The notes below the pieces were generated by a model. The model had not been told where the DNA came from and did not search any database. It saw only the letters and a list, made by a program, of their open reading frames with translations. From Paraspadella gotoi (Eukaryota > Animalia > Chaetognatha), in the NCBI GenBank assembly GCA_051294375.1, contig CM119268.1:12655770-12719769 (forward strand): 64,000 nt of DNA, written 5' to 3'. How positions within the stretch are numbered: position 1 is the stretch's first letter; each line of letters starts with the position of its first letter. This document shows, piece by piece, positions 21,561 to 34,657 of this stretch. A program made the translations under genes and the position numbers.

Positions 21561-24500
21561 GGTGACGAATCAGAGCGTCGGAGAGTAAATGCGACGGAGA
21601 GCGAAAAGATGGCGTTAGCGGTGATGGTGGACTGGTTCGCAGTCGAATCGCCGTCCCCAACGTCTCTGAATCGTAATCCCCTCCGCCTTCCACCTCTGCC
21701 TTCTACATCTCCATTGTCGAAACAAAAGGCGGCCTTCGAATTCTAAAAAGTCGGCGACGTCGTCTTCCTGTCTCGTCGTCGTCGTCGTCTTTATTGTCGT
21801 CGGCGTCTTCGTCTCTGCTTTCCAGTCTCAGCGAAGGAAACGTAATTTAATTTGCATGAAGACTGTAAAGGATCGCACCGAGTTTAAATTCTTCATTTTT
21901 GAGCTTCGATTTATTAGTTCCATTAATTGTTTGAAATTTCAGTATTTTATTAAGGGCATGATTGAAATTACTTATAATTAAATAAACCTCGTTTATTTTG
22001 GTTTTAAAAGTTCCCGCGGAGTTACAGAAATCAATTCCTTCCAACTAATACCTTTATTCTTTTTTTTTATCGCTTCTTTCGCTTTTGTTTAACTTCCATA
22101 TTATTTCGCTGGTCGACCCATGATTTTTTATTCTCGGGGACGGTTTTCTTCCCTCATTTATCTTGGTTAATTTTTTTTTCTTTTTGTTTTCTTTTTTCAT
22201 TATTGCTTCCCCCCCCCAGCCACTCGATGCCCACCCCGAATTTTTTTTAGAAAACATTTTTTTTCTCTTATTTTTTTTTTCGTTTTTTTTTTTTTTTGGA
22301 TAATTGTAGAGCAATGGTTTGTTTTCCTTCACTTTAACTTAAATTTTAAGGTTATAAGTTTCAGAGGGCTCAGTAATCCCACGCTTTCTTCCTCCCTTAT
22401 CCCAAAAGTAAACATCCTTCTTTTACAGTCTTGTTTTCTTTTTTTTTTAATCACTGAAAACTTGAAAGTTTATTTATTTTGTTTTCTTTACAAAGTTCTT
22501 ATTCCGTTTTAACCCCCTGATTATATAACAATTTCTTCATTTTTCTCCCCACCTGATTTTTTTTCATTCTTCTATTCAAAACACTCTTTTTCTCCGCGGC
22601 CGCTATACACCCACCCTTTCCCCACCCGACCTTACCAAGACGCCCCGCGAAACCAGAGTTTAAGAACAAGGGAGAAGGCGACGGAAGAAATTCATGCTCT
22701 GCTTAAATCACCCGGGAGCGACGCCTGGGTGCCTGTGTGCAAAGCGCCTGCCGCCCGGAGGGAGCAAGCGGGCGCCTGCTGCCTTCCGCCCCGTTCTCTT
22801 CCACCTGAGAAACACCGCTCGCCGCCAACCAGCATCGGGGTTTTTTTTTTCTCCCCGAGCTGCCAATCAAGCTCGCTTTCCTTTACCTCATCCAAGCTTT
22901 TCCTTTACCTGAGAGGTTTTTTTTTTGTAAATCACTTTAGTGATCACTTTAGTGATTCACTTAGAATTTTTTTTTCATCTATTTAACTTTTCCTTCCTAC
23001 TAGGAGGATTTGTCTCTTACTTTCTCTACTATGAGCATTTTCCCTTACTGACAGAAATTTGCTCTTCGGTCTGCACCCACTAGATCTTCACTTGCACCTG
23101 CTCTTATACAAAATAACAATTTTTTACACGTTTTAGTCTTAATAAACCAGATGGCTATACAAACAAAAGAACATTTTTAAAAACAAAATAGCAAAATAAC
23201 AAGTACATCCACCAAAGGTTTTAATCTTTTTTTCTGAAACAAAAGAACAGACCTATTAAATTTTCTTTATTTTTACCCTATTGTACTAAAGAGCTCTACA
23301 AAGAAGGAAGCTTTTTGTAAGATTTATGTTAGATCTTCACTTGCACCTGCTATTCAACAAAATAACAATTGTTTTTTTAAATTTTTATTATCTTAAAATC
23401 TTTTTAAATTAAAAAAAAATTATTCTATTTAATTTTATTCTATTTCTTATTCAATAGAGGCTCTATCTCTTGATCAAAGTATTTTAATAATATATCAAAT
23501 ATCAAAACAAAAATAACGATAAGATGATATATTTTTAAGAAAGCAATATATATATTTAAAGAATATAGATTAAAAGGTAAATTTTAAATAAAATAAAAAA
23601 AATTTAAAAAAATAGATAATAGTGAAACAAGTAATTTGAAAATTTTCATAATATTGTTTTGATTTATAAAATATTTTTACAAGTACAAAATGATAATAGT
23701 GCCGCAGTAAGAGTTCAGTTTAAGTTATTTACATGTATTGGCGCAGCCACTGGTTTAACTTTGGGGTTTATTCTCGTGAGAATTCACTGCTATTCACGAG
23801 TGAAAAAAAAATTTTGAGAAAAAAATTTTGTGTGTGTATTTTATCAAACATGGGCGAAACAGGGACCATGTTCCCCTGTTCAATGTCCATTGTCCAATGT
23901 CCACATGCCAACCAACCACAATCATATCTACGATTGTCAGCAAAGTCAATTTTTTCTATACCAACGGAAGCTTAAAAAGTGAAAGAGTGTGAAGAGAAAG
24001 AAAGTAAAGAGGCGATGAGAAAGACGAAGTCGAAAGTAGAGCCAAACTTCGTCAATGGGGTGGGTCATAAGTTTGATTTGGGAACCTTTCTAAATGAAAC
24101 TTCATACATTTCTGAGAAAACTTTCAATGGAGCAAAATTTTCTAAAATGGCAAGAAGCATTAGTAATTAATTTTTTAATATTTTTTTATAGATATTAGGA
24201 AATGTCAAAAATTTTTGGGGGAATTTTTTCTTTTTTTTTTTCTTTTTTCAATATTTTGATGATAAGTGGGTTAAAATTGAGAAAAACCTTAAAAAATCAT
24301 CATCATCATCATCATCCAATGATTTTAGCATTTTTTACTAATATTTAGTAATAAAACATCAAAATCTTAAAAAGTTGTAATTATATTTTTTGCTTAACTT
24401 TTTATGCTCTATCAGAATCAATTAAAAAAACTTAAAATATCAAAAAAAATTTTTGACATCATATAGCAATATAATAATATTAATTAGCGAATTACTCATG

Positions 24501-24905
24501 GTTCGGAACATTTTTGCAAAAAAATATTTTAACACAATAATTAATACCAATAATGGATTAGTTTAATGCTGTTCCCATTAAAATTTGAATTTGGTCGGCT
24601 ACCGCTATCGAAAGAATATAAGATAACAGAGAAGCGAGGAGTAGAAAACGTAGACGATACTTTTTGAGAAAAAAAAATGTAGTATCTGCAAAAAGATATA
24701 GTACTTTTTAATGACTCGTTTTACTTTTACTAAAAGTTTTAGACAAAAAGTTTTAGAATATTAATTTTATTTCAATAGAAGTAGAGTAAGCTTTCTTCCA
24801 ATTTTCTTCCAATTTTCAGGACAAAAAGATTAAAAGTTAAATATTAAATTTTAATAAAGCATTTTCTCTCTTTTTTAACTTTTTCGCTTACTTCGGGAAA
24901 ATATC

Positions 24906-24965
<60 letters not shown>

Positions 24966-24971
24966 AATATC

Positions 24972-26878
24972 TTAACTATCGCCAAAGCTCCTCGCTAAGA
25001 CGCAAGAGGAAACGATAGTGGCGAGGATTCCGATGAAGGCAGCGACGGCGACGCCCACGATCTTTGGTTTGTGGCGCCGAAGTTGCTCGTCCACGATGTC
25101 GAAGATAACGTCGGCGCAGAGTTGGAGGCGCGGAGGGGGCGTGGCTGGCGTGACTTGCGTGGCCACAATTGATGCGGTGACTGAGGGAGAAATGATTGAA
25201 ACCAAACTTGTCTTTTCCTTAATATTATATTATATTATATTATATTATATTATATTATATTATATTATATACAAAATATTAACAAGGTTTGCTTCTTATG
25301 ATCTTCAAAAATCTTCTATACTTCAAATTCCAAGTGCGTCCGAATACAAATTCAGATGTTCTACGTATTATAATTTTTCGAAAAAGCTTCGCACACCATT
25401 TTGACCTTATAATTCAACATCATATAGAATATATTCTCACCGTCACCGCAATAAGTCTCCGCCAGAGTCTCGTTCTTCCAAAAGCAGCATCGATTATCAC
25501 GCTGAAATTCCCGCCAAAACTTTTCCTTTCCCGCCCAATTGTCGCGAATGTCCTCGGCAGTCGTTTCGATCGTCTCCCGGATCCAGTTGCGTCTGAGAGT
25601 GCACAGAAAATGGTAAGTATTTGATGAATGAAAAGGTCAGTTTGGGAAGCGAGAAGATATGGAGTACTTAATGATTTAAAGAAAAAAAAGAAAGGTGTTC
25701 ATTATTCAAACTTATTTAAACTTATGCACGATTTATTAGCGATTTATTCGTCATTTATTTGACATTTACGTCATTTGAAACCCTTGCTCCATGTTAAAGC
25801 CAGTTCAACCTACGGCCGACGAATCGAACGAGCGAACCTCGAGGCATAGAAAATAATAGACATTTTTGTACAGTAAAAAATACGTAACCCGTCTCGTGGA
25901 ATTGAATATTTGAATAATTTACAATCCTTCTAGAAGATTTCTTAATTCTCGAGCCCATAGATTTCAGTGATTCTGTAGAGGCCATTGCCTAGGTTCACCC
26001 GGCATTTCCTCATCGTTCCCTCAGTCCTGACCCGGCGGCTCATTGAGTATTGAACCCATGATCACAAGGTGCCGGGTTAACTTTTAAACCGATACCCGCC
26101 CGACGTGATTACGGCCGTAAACCGCCTTGGGGACGACCCCTCCAGCCTAGTTCCAGAACCCGTTAAAAAAGTTAAGTAAGTTGTCTTTAGCCCACTTAGC
26201 GCCTTATCCAGAGGAATGGATCGTTTTCGCCCACCGATTTACGGTCCATAGTCTATGGCATAGATCCATAGATCGGAATCGAGGGTCATTTGAAATAATC
26301 CTCATCATACTTGACGAAAGCGAGGACGAGGACGACGACGAAGAGAACGAGGAATAAGGAAGTGACGCCGCCGTAAGCGAAGAGAAGACGCCGCTTTTCC
26401 TTGTAGGCGCCGAAGCAGCCGAAGAATGCGACGATGGAAACGATGAGACTTGTGACGATGAGAACGATCGATGAAGTCTGGAGAAAAGAGCGTCAGGATG
26501 GTGAGACTGTCTGTATGTCTCTCGGTCAGTCTGTCGATAAGCCAGTCAGTCTATGGGTGGGTTCGTTTGTCAGTCAGTGAGGCTGTATGTCTGCTTGTCT
26601 TGGAAACGAATGGGGGAAAAATTGTTTGTCTGTCTGGAAGTCAGTCTATCACATTATCAATCTGTCTTTCTCTCTCTCTCTCTCTTTCTTCCGATCTCTC
26701 CCCCCAAACTCGCCTTCAACAAGTTCCCATCGATGTTTGGGATCTGAAGTTCCTCGATGTTGGCGACGAACTTGGGGTCAACTGCCGCCCAGATGCCGAC
26801 CACGAATCCGCTGAAGGCGACGAGCCAGAGGGCGAAGGTGAAGAAGAAGAAGACGTATTTGAGGATGCTGGACGCCAT
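24972..26878 (-). CDS. Divergent tetraspanin (230 aa), CCF in place of CCG
   Basis: join(26878-26714, 26477-26311, 25592-25441, 25180-24972). MASSILKYVFFFFTFALWLVAFSGFVVGIWA, AFFGCFGAYKE, FQRDNRCCFW, four TM segments. Intron 1 needs a GC donor. TATA-like CATAAATA at 26959-26952. Confidence 0.9.
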
Positions 26879-29290
26879 GGTTGAGGAGATAAAGAGTGAG
26901 TGTGAGAGTGTGAGAGCGTGAGAGCGCCTGCGGTTTGGGTCTTTAGTGTCTTATTTATGATCAGAGAGTTTTTGGACAAAGGAACTCTTCTGAAAAATGA
27001 ATGAAGGTTTGATAGGTTATTTCACTTTCCCCGTCGGTATTGCAAACATTTCGATTCAATGTCACGCTCTAAAAAATTATTTTAAACGTGACCGAAGTAA
27101 AAGATTAATAAAATCATTTGTACTTTTAATTTTCTTAATTAACAATTTTTAGATTTTTGACAAATAAAATGATCAAATTTGAAATGAGACTCAAAACCGG
27201 GGGCGTCAAGACGTTTGTGGTTTTTTCTTCCAAATCGGTTACATAGGAAATGCGGGAAGAAATTTTTTTTCGCTTTTATTTTCATATTTTCCCGGTCGAA
27301 CAAGAAAAAAAAATTTAAGGTTTTTACGTTCGGAGCGGCGCGGTACACAATTATCGACTCGAATCGGTAAAAAAAACACAAAAATGAGCTTGTCGCGATA
27401 TTTATTTTTTTGAAATCATAATCAAAATGTTTTTTTTTTATCGTTATTCCGTATTGTTTAATTTTTAATATTTAAACTTGCGGTAAAATCTGTCAAGGCC
27501 GCGCAGAATTATTTCAGAAGTTAACCGATTCGCTTGAACAAAAAAAAAGGCCGCTAAGAATTCGCATTGCCTGACCGTCATTTTGATCAACTCCCTTCTC
27601 CCGGAACAAACTTTGGCAAAGGTTTTTAGTAAAGAGAATAAGAAAAAAAAAACTTATTCTCTACCTTTATGCGAGCGATTATATTCAGGATAAACAAAAC
27701 ACGTTACCCTCAGCACGTGACAGCGTGGCAACGTGGCAACGTGACAACGGGACGCACGCGTTCATTCGAAGTGAGAGATTAAAGCGGAAAATGATCAGTC
27801 ACCGGGAATCAATCTAAACCGCCGCCCCTCTCTCTCTCTCTCTCTCACTTTCTCTCCCTCTCTCTCTCTGTGAAGCAATATAGCACCTGGCCTACTTCCT
27901 TGGCCCATATTCTTCCCTCGGGGCCCGCATCCTGACGCGGAAGCGAAAATAAATCACGCGGCCAAAGGGGGTAAAACACGAGAGAGGGGGAGACAGCATG
28001 GGGGAACTGGGAAGTCTAAGACTTTCATCCTGGTTTTGGTTAAGGGGTTTCAAACTAAGTTGAACGACCGTTTTTTTGTAACTAAAATCGTATGTCTTTA
28101 ATACTTCGTGTTTAAAACGAGAATTGGTAAATATTTCGGACGAATTGTCGCTCTTCAACGGCGCAGAGAAACAAACTTTATGTAAATGAGTTATAAAGAG
28201 TAAGAGAGGAAGAGAGAGATAATATATATAATATTATATATATATATATTATAAATTATAATAAATTATAATATATATACGTATAAAACTTACTTTTCTG
28301 TACCAACTTCCGATCCCGCTCGCTCGGGTGTCAAAAGTCAATATTTGGTCTGCGCCGCTCGATTTGTCATTTTTTTCCTTATTCCGTACAGAACGTTTCA
28401 CAAATCCTTTTTCACAATGGGTTTGACGTAGAAAAATTCGAGGAGAAATCCCCGACGCGCAGGAAACGCTGAGCTGGAAAAATCTCTTCTCGGAAGATTT
28501 CCACAGTGAAAGACTGAAATCAGACGTCGAAGGCGCTCAACTCGGACCGACGAGTTAGATCTATCAAATTCTATGAAATTGGTAAAGCCAAATTAATACT
28601 TATATTCATACCTATAATACTTATAATACTTATAAGCCAATATTCATTAAAAACAAATCATCTTGCCTCCTGCCTTCGCTGGGTTAAGGCTTCCATCCCT
28701 TTTACCAGATAACAACGTATGTTAGAGTAAATTATGAATTATGCCATAGATAACACGCTGGAGAATTTATAAATAGGAAGAGAATACGGCGACAAAAGTG
28801 GATTCGAGAATTTTTTTTTTTTTTTTTCATGAGTGAATATTATCATTATGGTTCCTAACCTTTACACAAGGCCATTTGCCATTTTTTTTTTTTTAGTCAT
28901 AGACAGAAACTTGGCAAATAAAAAACACGAGTAAATACTATCATTATGGTACCTAACATTTATACTAGGCCATTGCCTTTTTTTTTTTCGAGAACGTTAA
29001 TTTCTGGGCCAAATATTGCTGTGCATTATTTTAACTCAACGCCGAACTTATTGAGAATGGAATCCATTGATCCAACGGGGATTCGAAATGAAAAAAAAAA
29101 AATAAGAAACTGACATTTTCTCGAGTTTTCACGACAGCAAAGTAAACTATTTACTGTAACCTTAACGTCCTCACAGCTATTATCGTCGTCTTCTTCGTCG
29201 ATGCAGTTTCTATCACGGTTTGTTATTATTGTTCAACGTTCATCGCATCCTCCCTCAGGGGTCGTCCCTTGGCTGACCGTCAAAGCCGTA

Positions 29291-29402
29291 GTCGCCATGA
29301 CAACCTCGGAGTTGGCAGGGAAAACCGCGTTGGCATGGAAACCCTCGCGTTCCGTCGAGAAAAGTGGGCGTTGGCGGAGATAAACGGCGTTGGCATGGAA
29401 AC
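29291..29402. promoter_or_regulatory. Cluster of RFX X-box-like motifs
   Basis: GTCGCCATGACAAC (29291), GTTGGCAGGGAAAAC (29311), GTTGGCATGGAAAC (29329 and 29389) and GTTGGCGGAGATAAAC (29370), compared with consensus GTNRCC-N0-3-RGYAAC. Confidence 0.5.
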
Positions 29403-29511
29403 CACTCAAAAATTTGGGGCGAATGAGATTCGATTATTTTCGTATTAATATGTAAGTGTTGCCCGCGGTAATCGGATTGATGGAAAGGGTCGTCGCGTAC
29501 TGGCATCATGT

Positions 29512-29618
<107 letters not shown>

Positions 29619-29999
29619 CCACCAGAAAACTGTTTATGCGATGAAATCCTTTGTTGGACGCGTGGGCGGTGTCCTTTCTCCCTCTCATCTTTTTCTATGT
29701 CAACAATTGACCAAAATTGTTATTGATCTTTTCGTTTGGTTCTTTTTAAACGTCCTTAAGTTAAAAAATACAATTATTTGATGCTGTATTATATTTTGAT
29801 ATCATTTAAATGCTAAACTTTGAAAAAGCAATTAGAAATTGTGTCCTGTCATTCTTTGGTTTTAAAATCTGAAGGAAAAAGATCATTTAATTGTAGTCTC
29901 AGCAGTTTTTAAAGATTTTTGTTTTTATTTTTGAATCTCTCAATATTTTGTATATTTATAAAATACTCGCGTATTCTTTTTCTTTCAGTTTTCATTTAT

Positions 30000-30095
<96 letters not shown>

Positions 30096-30195
30096 CATAT
30101 CTCTCTCTCACTCTTCATCTTGTGTTTTGGTCTCACGCAGAAAAAATTAAAAAAATCATCCACGAATCAACTTCGCTCTTTCTTTCTTTCTTTCT

Positions 30196-30244
<49 letters not shown>

Positions 30245-30753
30245 TTTCTTTCTTTCTTTCTTTCTTTCTTATCTTCTTTCTTTCTTATTTCTTTTTTTCT
30301 TTCTTTCTTTCTTTCTTTCTTTCTCTATTTTTAAACACCCTTTTTCAAATCCCATTGCTCTTTTTTCACCCTTTCCCCTCAAGTTTTGCCAGCGCCCCTT
30401 ACCATCACTAGTTGCCAATAATCCTTGCCATCGGCTGTCGCCCCCGCCCCCCTTCTTGCCATCTGGCCGCTCTGCCATACTTTTCCATTACCCATTCCGT
30501 TTGACACGAGGTTCCCCGTTTCTCCCGCTCTTTGCCAAATCCTCGATCTCCCTTTCTCATCTCTATTAGTGTCCGACGTTTCCAGAAAAACTTCAATACT
30601 TTCTGGACTCCGTGATAGACAGTTGTAGCCGAGAGAAGCCCTTTTTTTCCTTTACGATTTTAATCACGTAGTAATACACAGATAATAATACATAGTATTA
30701 AGTTCTAATCTTAAATTATTTGTAACTCACAAGGCAGATTCGTCTTTAAAAAG

Positions 30754-30878
<125 letters not shown>

Positions 30879-31224
30879 AGAATTAGATTGGATTAAATAT
30901 GTCCCAACAAATAAGGAAACGAATCTTATACAGCAGTCGTGAGCGAAAAAGCAAACTGTCGCTCGGCCGATGACCTCAATTCCACGGGAAGCAACATGGA
31001 GGCTTGTTACGTCGCCGGTCGAAACGTTTCGGTCGCAAACGTGAGGGCAGATGGAAGAGAAACGGAAATGGACTTGGAGATCGAAAGAAAACAAACAATT
31101 TGACGAGACAGAATGGAAATGGAATTACATACGCGAGAAGAATAAATAAAATAGTTACAATAGATAAAATGTAAACAAAATGTGAAAAAAATCTAGCAAT
31201 TCCACGCATCATGAGATTTTGCCA

Positions 31225-31360
31225 TCGCGCGCATCCAATCGGAATGACCAAAAACACGTGCGCGCGCTCGCATGCGATTAGAAGAAACAAACCGGAAACG
31301 GAAATGGCGCCTCGACCCTCGTTCCGGCGCTGGCGCCATCTCTGGAGATTGGCGCCACGA
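31225..31360. promoter_or_regulatory. CpG-rich promoter-like patch
   Basis: CCAAT, CACGTG, CGCATGCG (NRF1-like), CCGGAAACGGAAATGGCG (ETS/YY1-like) and GCGCCATCT within ~130 bp. Confidence 0.4.
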
Positions 31361-31494
31361 AAACTTTATATAGACGCTTTTATTGCGTCGTTGTACGTCG
31401 ACGTTCGGACTTTTGCCTTTTCACTTGGGCGTGGAGGAAGGGTGGGCGTGGCTCGATTCCACCATCTCCCTGAATAGAAACCATTATTCGAACG

Positions 31495-31571
<77 letters not shown>

Positions 31572-31860
31572 GCCTAACTCTTTCATTCTCTCTTATTCTC
31601 GCTCCCCAATCTTTTTCCTAGCGATTCTATTTTTTTTCGCTCTTTGATTCATCTATCACCAAAATTACTTACTCCCTCAAGATCACTCTCGCTCACTCTC
31701 TCTCTTTCTCACTCGTCTTGAATATTTAAGACGTTCACAGTGGAACACCCACTTCCCTCCTAGAAAAAGAAAAAAAAACCTCCAAGAGTGAATTTCTCTT
31801 GAATTCCCCACCCCAGGGGGCATCCCGATCAGAAATTGCGTTTTTCACTTCTTGTTTTTA

Positions 31861-31862
<2 letters not shown>

Positions 31863-31898
<36 letters not shown>

Positions 31899-31957
31899 TC
31901 GTTCTTTCTTTCTTTCCTTTTTCTTTTCCTTTCTTTCTTTCTTTCTTTCTTCTTCTC

Positions 31958-31993
<36 letters not shown>

Positions 31994-32045
31994 TTTCTTT
32001 CTTTCCTTCTTTTTTTCTTTCTTTCTTTCTTTCTTTCTTTCTTTC
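31863..32045. repeat. (TTTC)n microsatellite
   Basis: Tetranucleotide tract; others at ~30177-30325 and (AAAG)n at ~32802-32911. Confidence 0.9.
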
Positions 32046-32391
32046 AGATTTCCAATTCTGACTCTTTTTTATTTTATTTCTTTTATCCTCTCTTCATTCG
32101 TTCGTCTTAAGTTTTCTTTTTATTCTAATTCCATCTCGTGATTTCTCGTCTGGTCCTTTCCGTTTTTGGAACGTCTCATCAGGATATAACAATAAACTGA
32201 CTGGTATCATGCATCATAAAGAGATAAATCTTTAAAATAAAAACGATGGAAACAAAAAAATTATTTCTGCTTCGTGATGTCGCTTCCGCAATCGCTCGTG
32301 CAGTCGCTCCCGTAGTCCTCGTTTTAATTACTCCCACATCCGGTGTCGCCCAGACAATCGACGAAGTTCAGGAGAAGAATTTCAAAGGTTG

Positions 32392-32603
32392 TGTGGCGGT
32401 ATATTCACACCGCCTCACATCCACCATCGTTCAGCCAATACCATTGGCTCAGAGGCGGAATACACCATCCCAGGTATTGTGTTCCATCCACGGTCAAAAC
32501 AACTTCCCTCTGAGTTGGCAAACCAAGACCGCGCCAGTGACCAATGCCAACAGTGAGATGTCCCATCCCAATGGGCATCACAGGCAACCCGGCTGTTGCC
32601 AGA
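32392..32603 (+). mobile_element. Solo LTR of TRIM subfamily C (212 bp)
   Basis: TGTGGCGG...GTTGCCAGA flanked by a GTTG TSD (32388-32391, 32604-32607). Shares the 5' hairpin, CAGCC...TGGCT, GCCAGTGAC and GTGAGAT...ATCACAGGC blocks with subfamily A. Confidence 0.8.
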
Positions 32604-32803
32604 GTTGACACTTTTCCATTTTTAACTTTGAACTGATGAATCCTCGGCATCTCTCCTTCATCCTTTAGGCAACCATTCACTCTTCTTTTCTCATCACGTT
32701 TTTTCTTATCTTTTCTACCTTTTTTTGATTTTTTCCTATCTTTTAATCGCAAGAAAAGAGCGAGGGAGATAAACTAAAAAAAACAGATTTAATGAAAAGA
32801 ATA

Positions 32804-32887
<84 letters not shown>

Positions 32888-33286
32888 AAAGAAAGAAGTA
32901 AAGAAAGAAAGATATAGACATTATGTAGACATTACCTTAGCGTTCACAGTTCCAACAGATGTACACTTGAACAGATTAGACTGATTTTAATAAAGATAAT
33001 AATCAAAGTCACTGAACGAAGTTTAATTTCGATCAGAAGAAAATGATTAATAATTTATTTCTAGGTGCAACGACACAAAGTCCTTCTCTTTATCTTTCCG
33101 CTCCTAATTTCTTTCTGCGCGAAAAAAAAAAAAAAAACCTTAGAACGGGCGTTGATTAAGTCAAGTATAGATTAGCTCCGCGAGAACTGGCGACGCAACG
33201 AAAAAATATATAAAAATTAGTTTTAATATTTTTCAAGCGCCGTCACAACAATATCAAACAATAGCAATATAACAAAAAAGCCAAGA

Positions 33287-33586
33287 ATGTCTAAAATCTT
33301 GACGTTGTCGCTCATCGCGCTGTTATTCTCTGGCGCAGCTTCGCAGCGTTCGCAGCCTCAGCAGCAAGAGTTGGATCTGGCCTCCGCCTTCGACGAAGTC
33401 TTCGGAGAGTTGACCTCGACGCTCGACGACGTTGTCGGCCTGGCGCGCGGCGACGCCTCCTTCTTGGCCGACGCCTTCGCCGCTCACGGAAGAGACGGCG
33501 TCAAGGGCGGCGTTGGAGTCACGGGTGGAACCGGCGCCGCGAGTGCTCTCTTCGGCGCCGAATCTATTTTGGGCGATGGAGACAAA

Positions 33587-33629
<43 letters not shown>

Positions 33630-34610
33630 AGGCGCTCGGACTGCCGCCGATTATTCCCGACTTGAGGAAGGAATGTTTGGGCGCTTTGCTGAAAATCGGA
33701 GGCCGGTTAGCGTTTTGTTTGTTTTGTTTGTTTTGTTTGTTTTGTATGTTTTGTTTGTTTTGTTTGTTTTGTTTGTTTTGTTTGTTTTGTTTATTGTTTC
33801 TTATGTTTGTTTTGTTTGTTTTGTTGTTTTGTTTGTTTGATTTGTTTGTTTTGTTTGTTTTGTTTGTTTTGTTTGTTTTGTTTGTTTTGTTTGTTTTGTT
33901 TTGTTGTTTTGTTTGATTTGTTTTGTTTGTTCTCTTCTACAACTCTTACTCTTCCCCTTAAGTCTCATGCAAAAGGACGGCATCGCGAACAACACGGGTC
34001 TCCTGAAGATGCTCGACTCCTTCGGGAGACCTCGCGCGGGCATCCTCGAGCTCAACTTGGGATGGACGGGCAACTTCGACGAGTGTCTCGAAGCCAAGTT
34101 CCAAATCGAGGGTGAGTGGTGGATGAGTGGAAGGTAAGTCAGGGGCAGCATACTTATTTTAGGCTAAGCTCCATGAATCGTTATTTGTGAGCCTTAATTT
34201 CGATCGTCTGTCTTGCTCTTATTGCTCTTATTGCTCTTATTGCTCTTATTGCTCTTATTTCCGATCATCTGTCTTGCTCTTATTGCTCTTATTTCCGATC
34301 GTCTGTCTTGCTCTTATTGCTCTTATTGCTCTGTCTTGCTCCAACTATGTCAACGCCGACGCCCGATTTCTCAGGCACGAGCAACTCGACCCAGTTCTGC
34401 TTCTTACCTTTCAACATCTCCGGCTTTGAGAACGACAAGTCCATGGCCGGATCCAACTTCATCGCCAAAGCCTTCGGCATCACCCCCAAGTGGGGCGTCT
34501 GCCTTTTCCCGCGAGACTGCACCGATGTGAGCGTGAGCGGGAGGGTGGGTGGGTGGGCGGGTGAAAGGTGGAGGCCAACAGAAATCATTTTTAATACCTT
34601 TCTTCTGTTC

Positions 34611-34657
<47 letters not shown>

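Noticed and set aside
26311-26400. Suspected frameshift in exon 2 of the minus-strand tetraspanin
   Set aside because: Re-reading gives an open frame (GGVTSLFLVLFVVVLVLAFV), so it is not a pseudogene.
29919-30569. Long SLSLSL, ERERER and FFLS ORFs (also 46899-47735, 49182-51642)
   Set aside because: Products of stop-free microsatellites.
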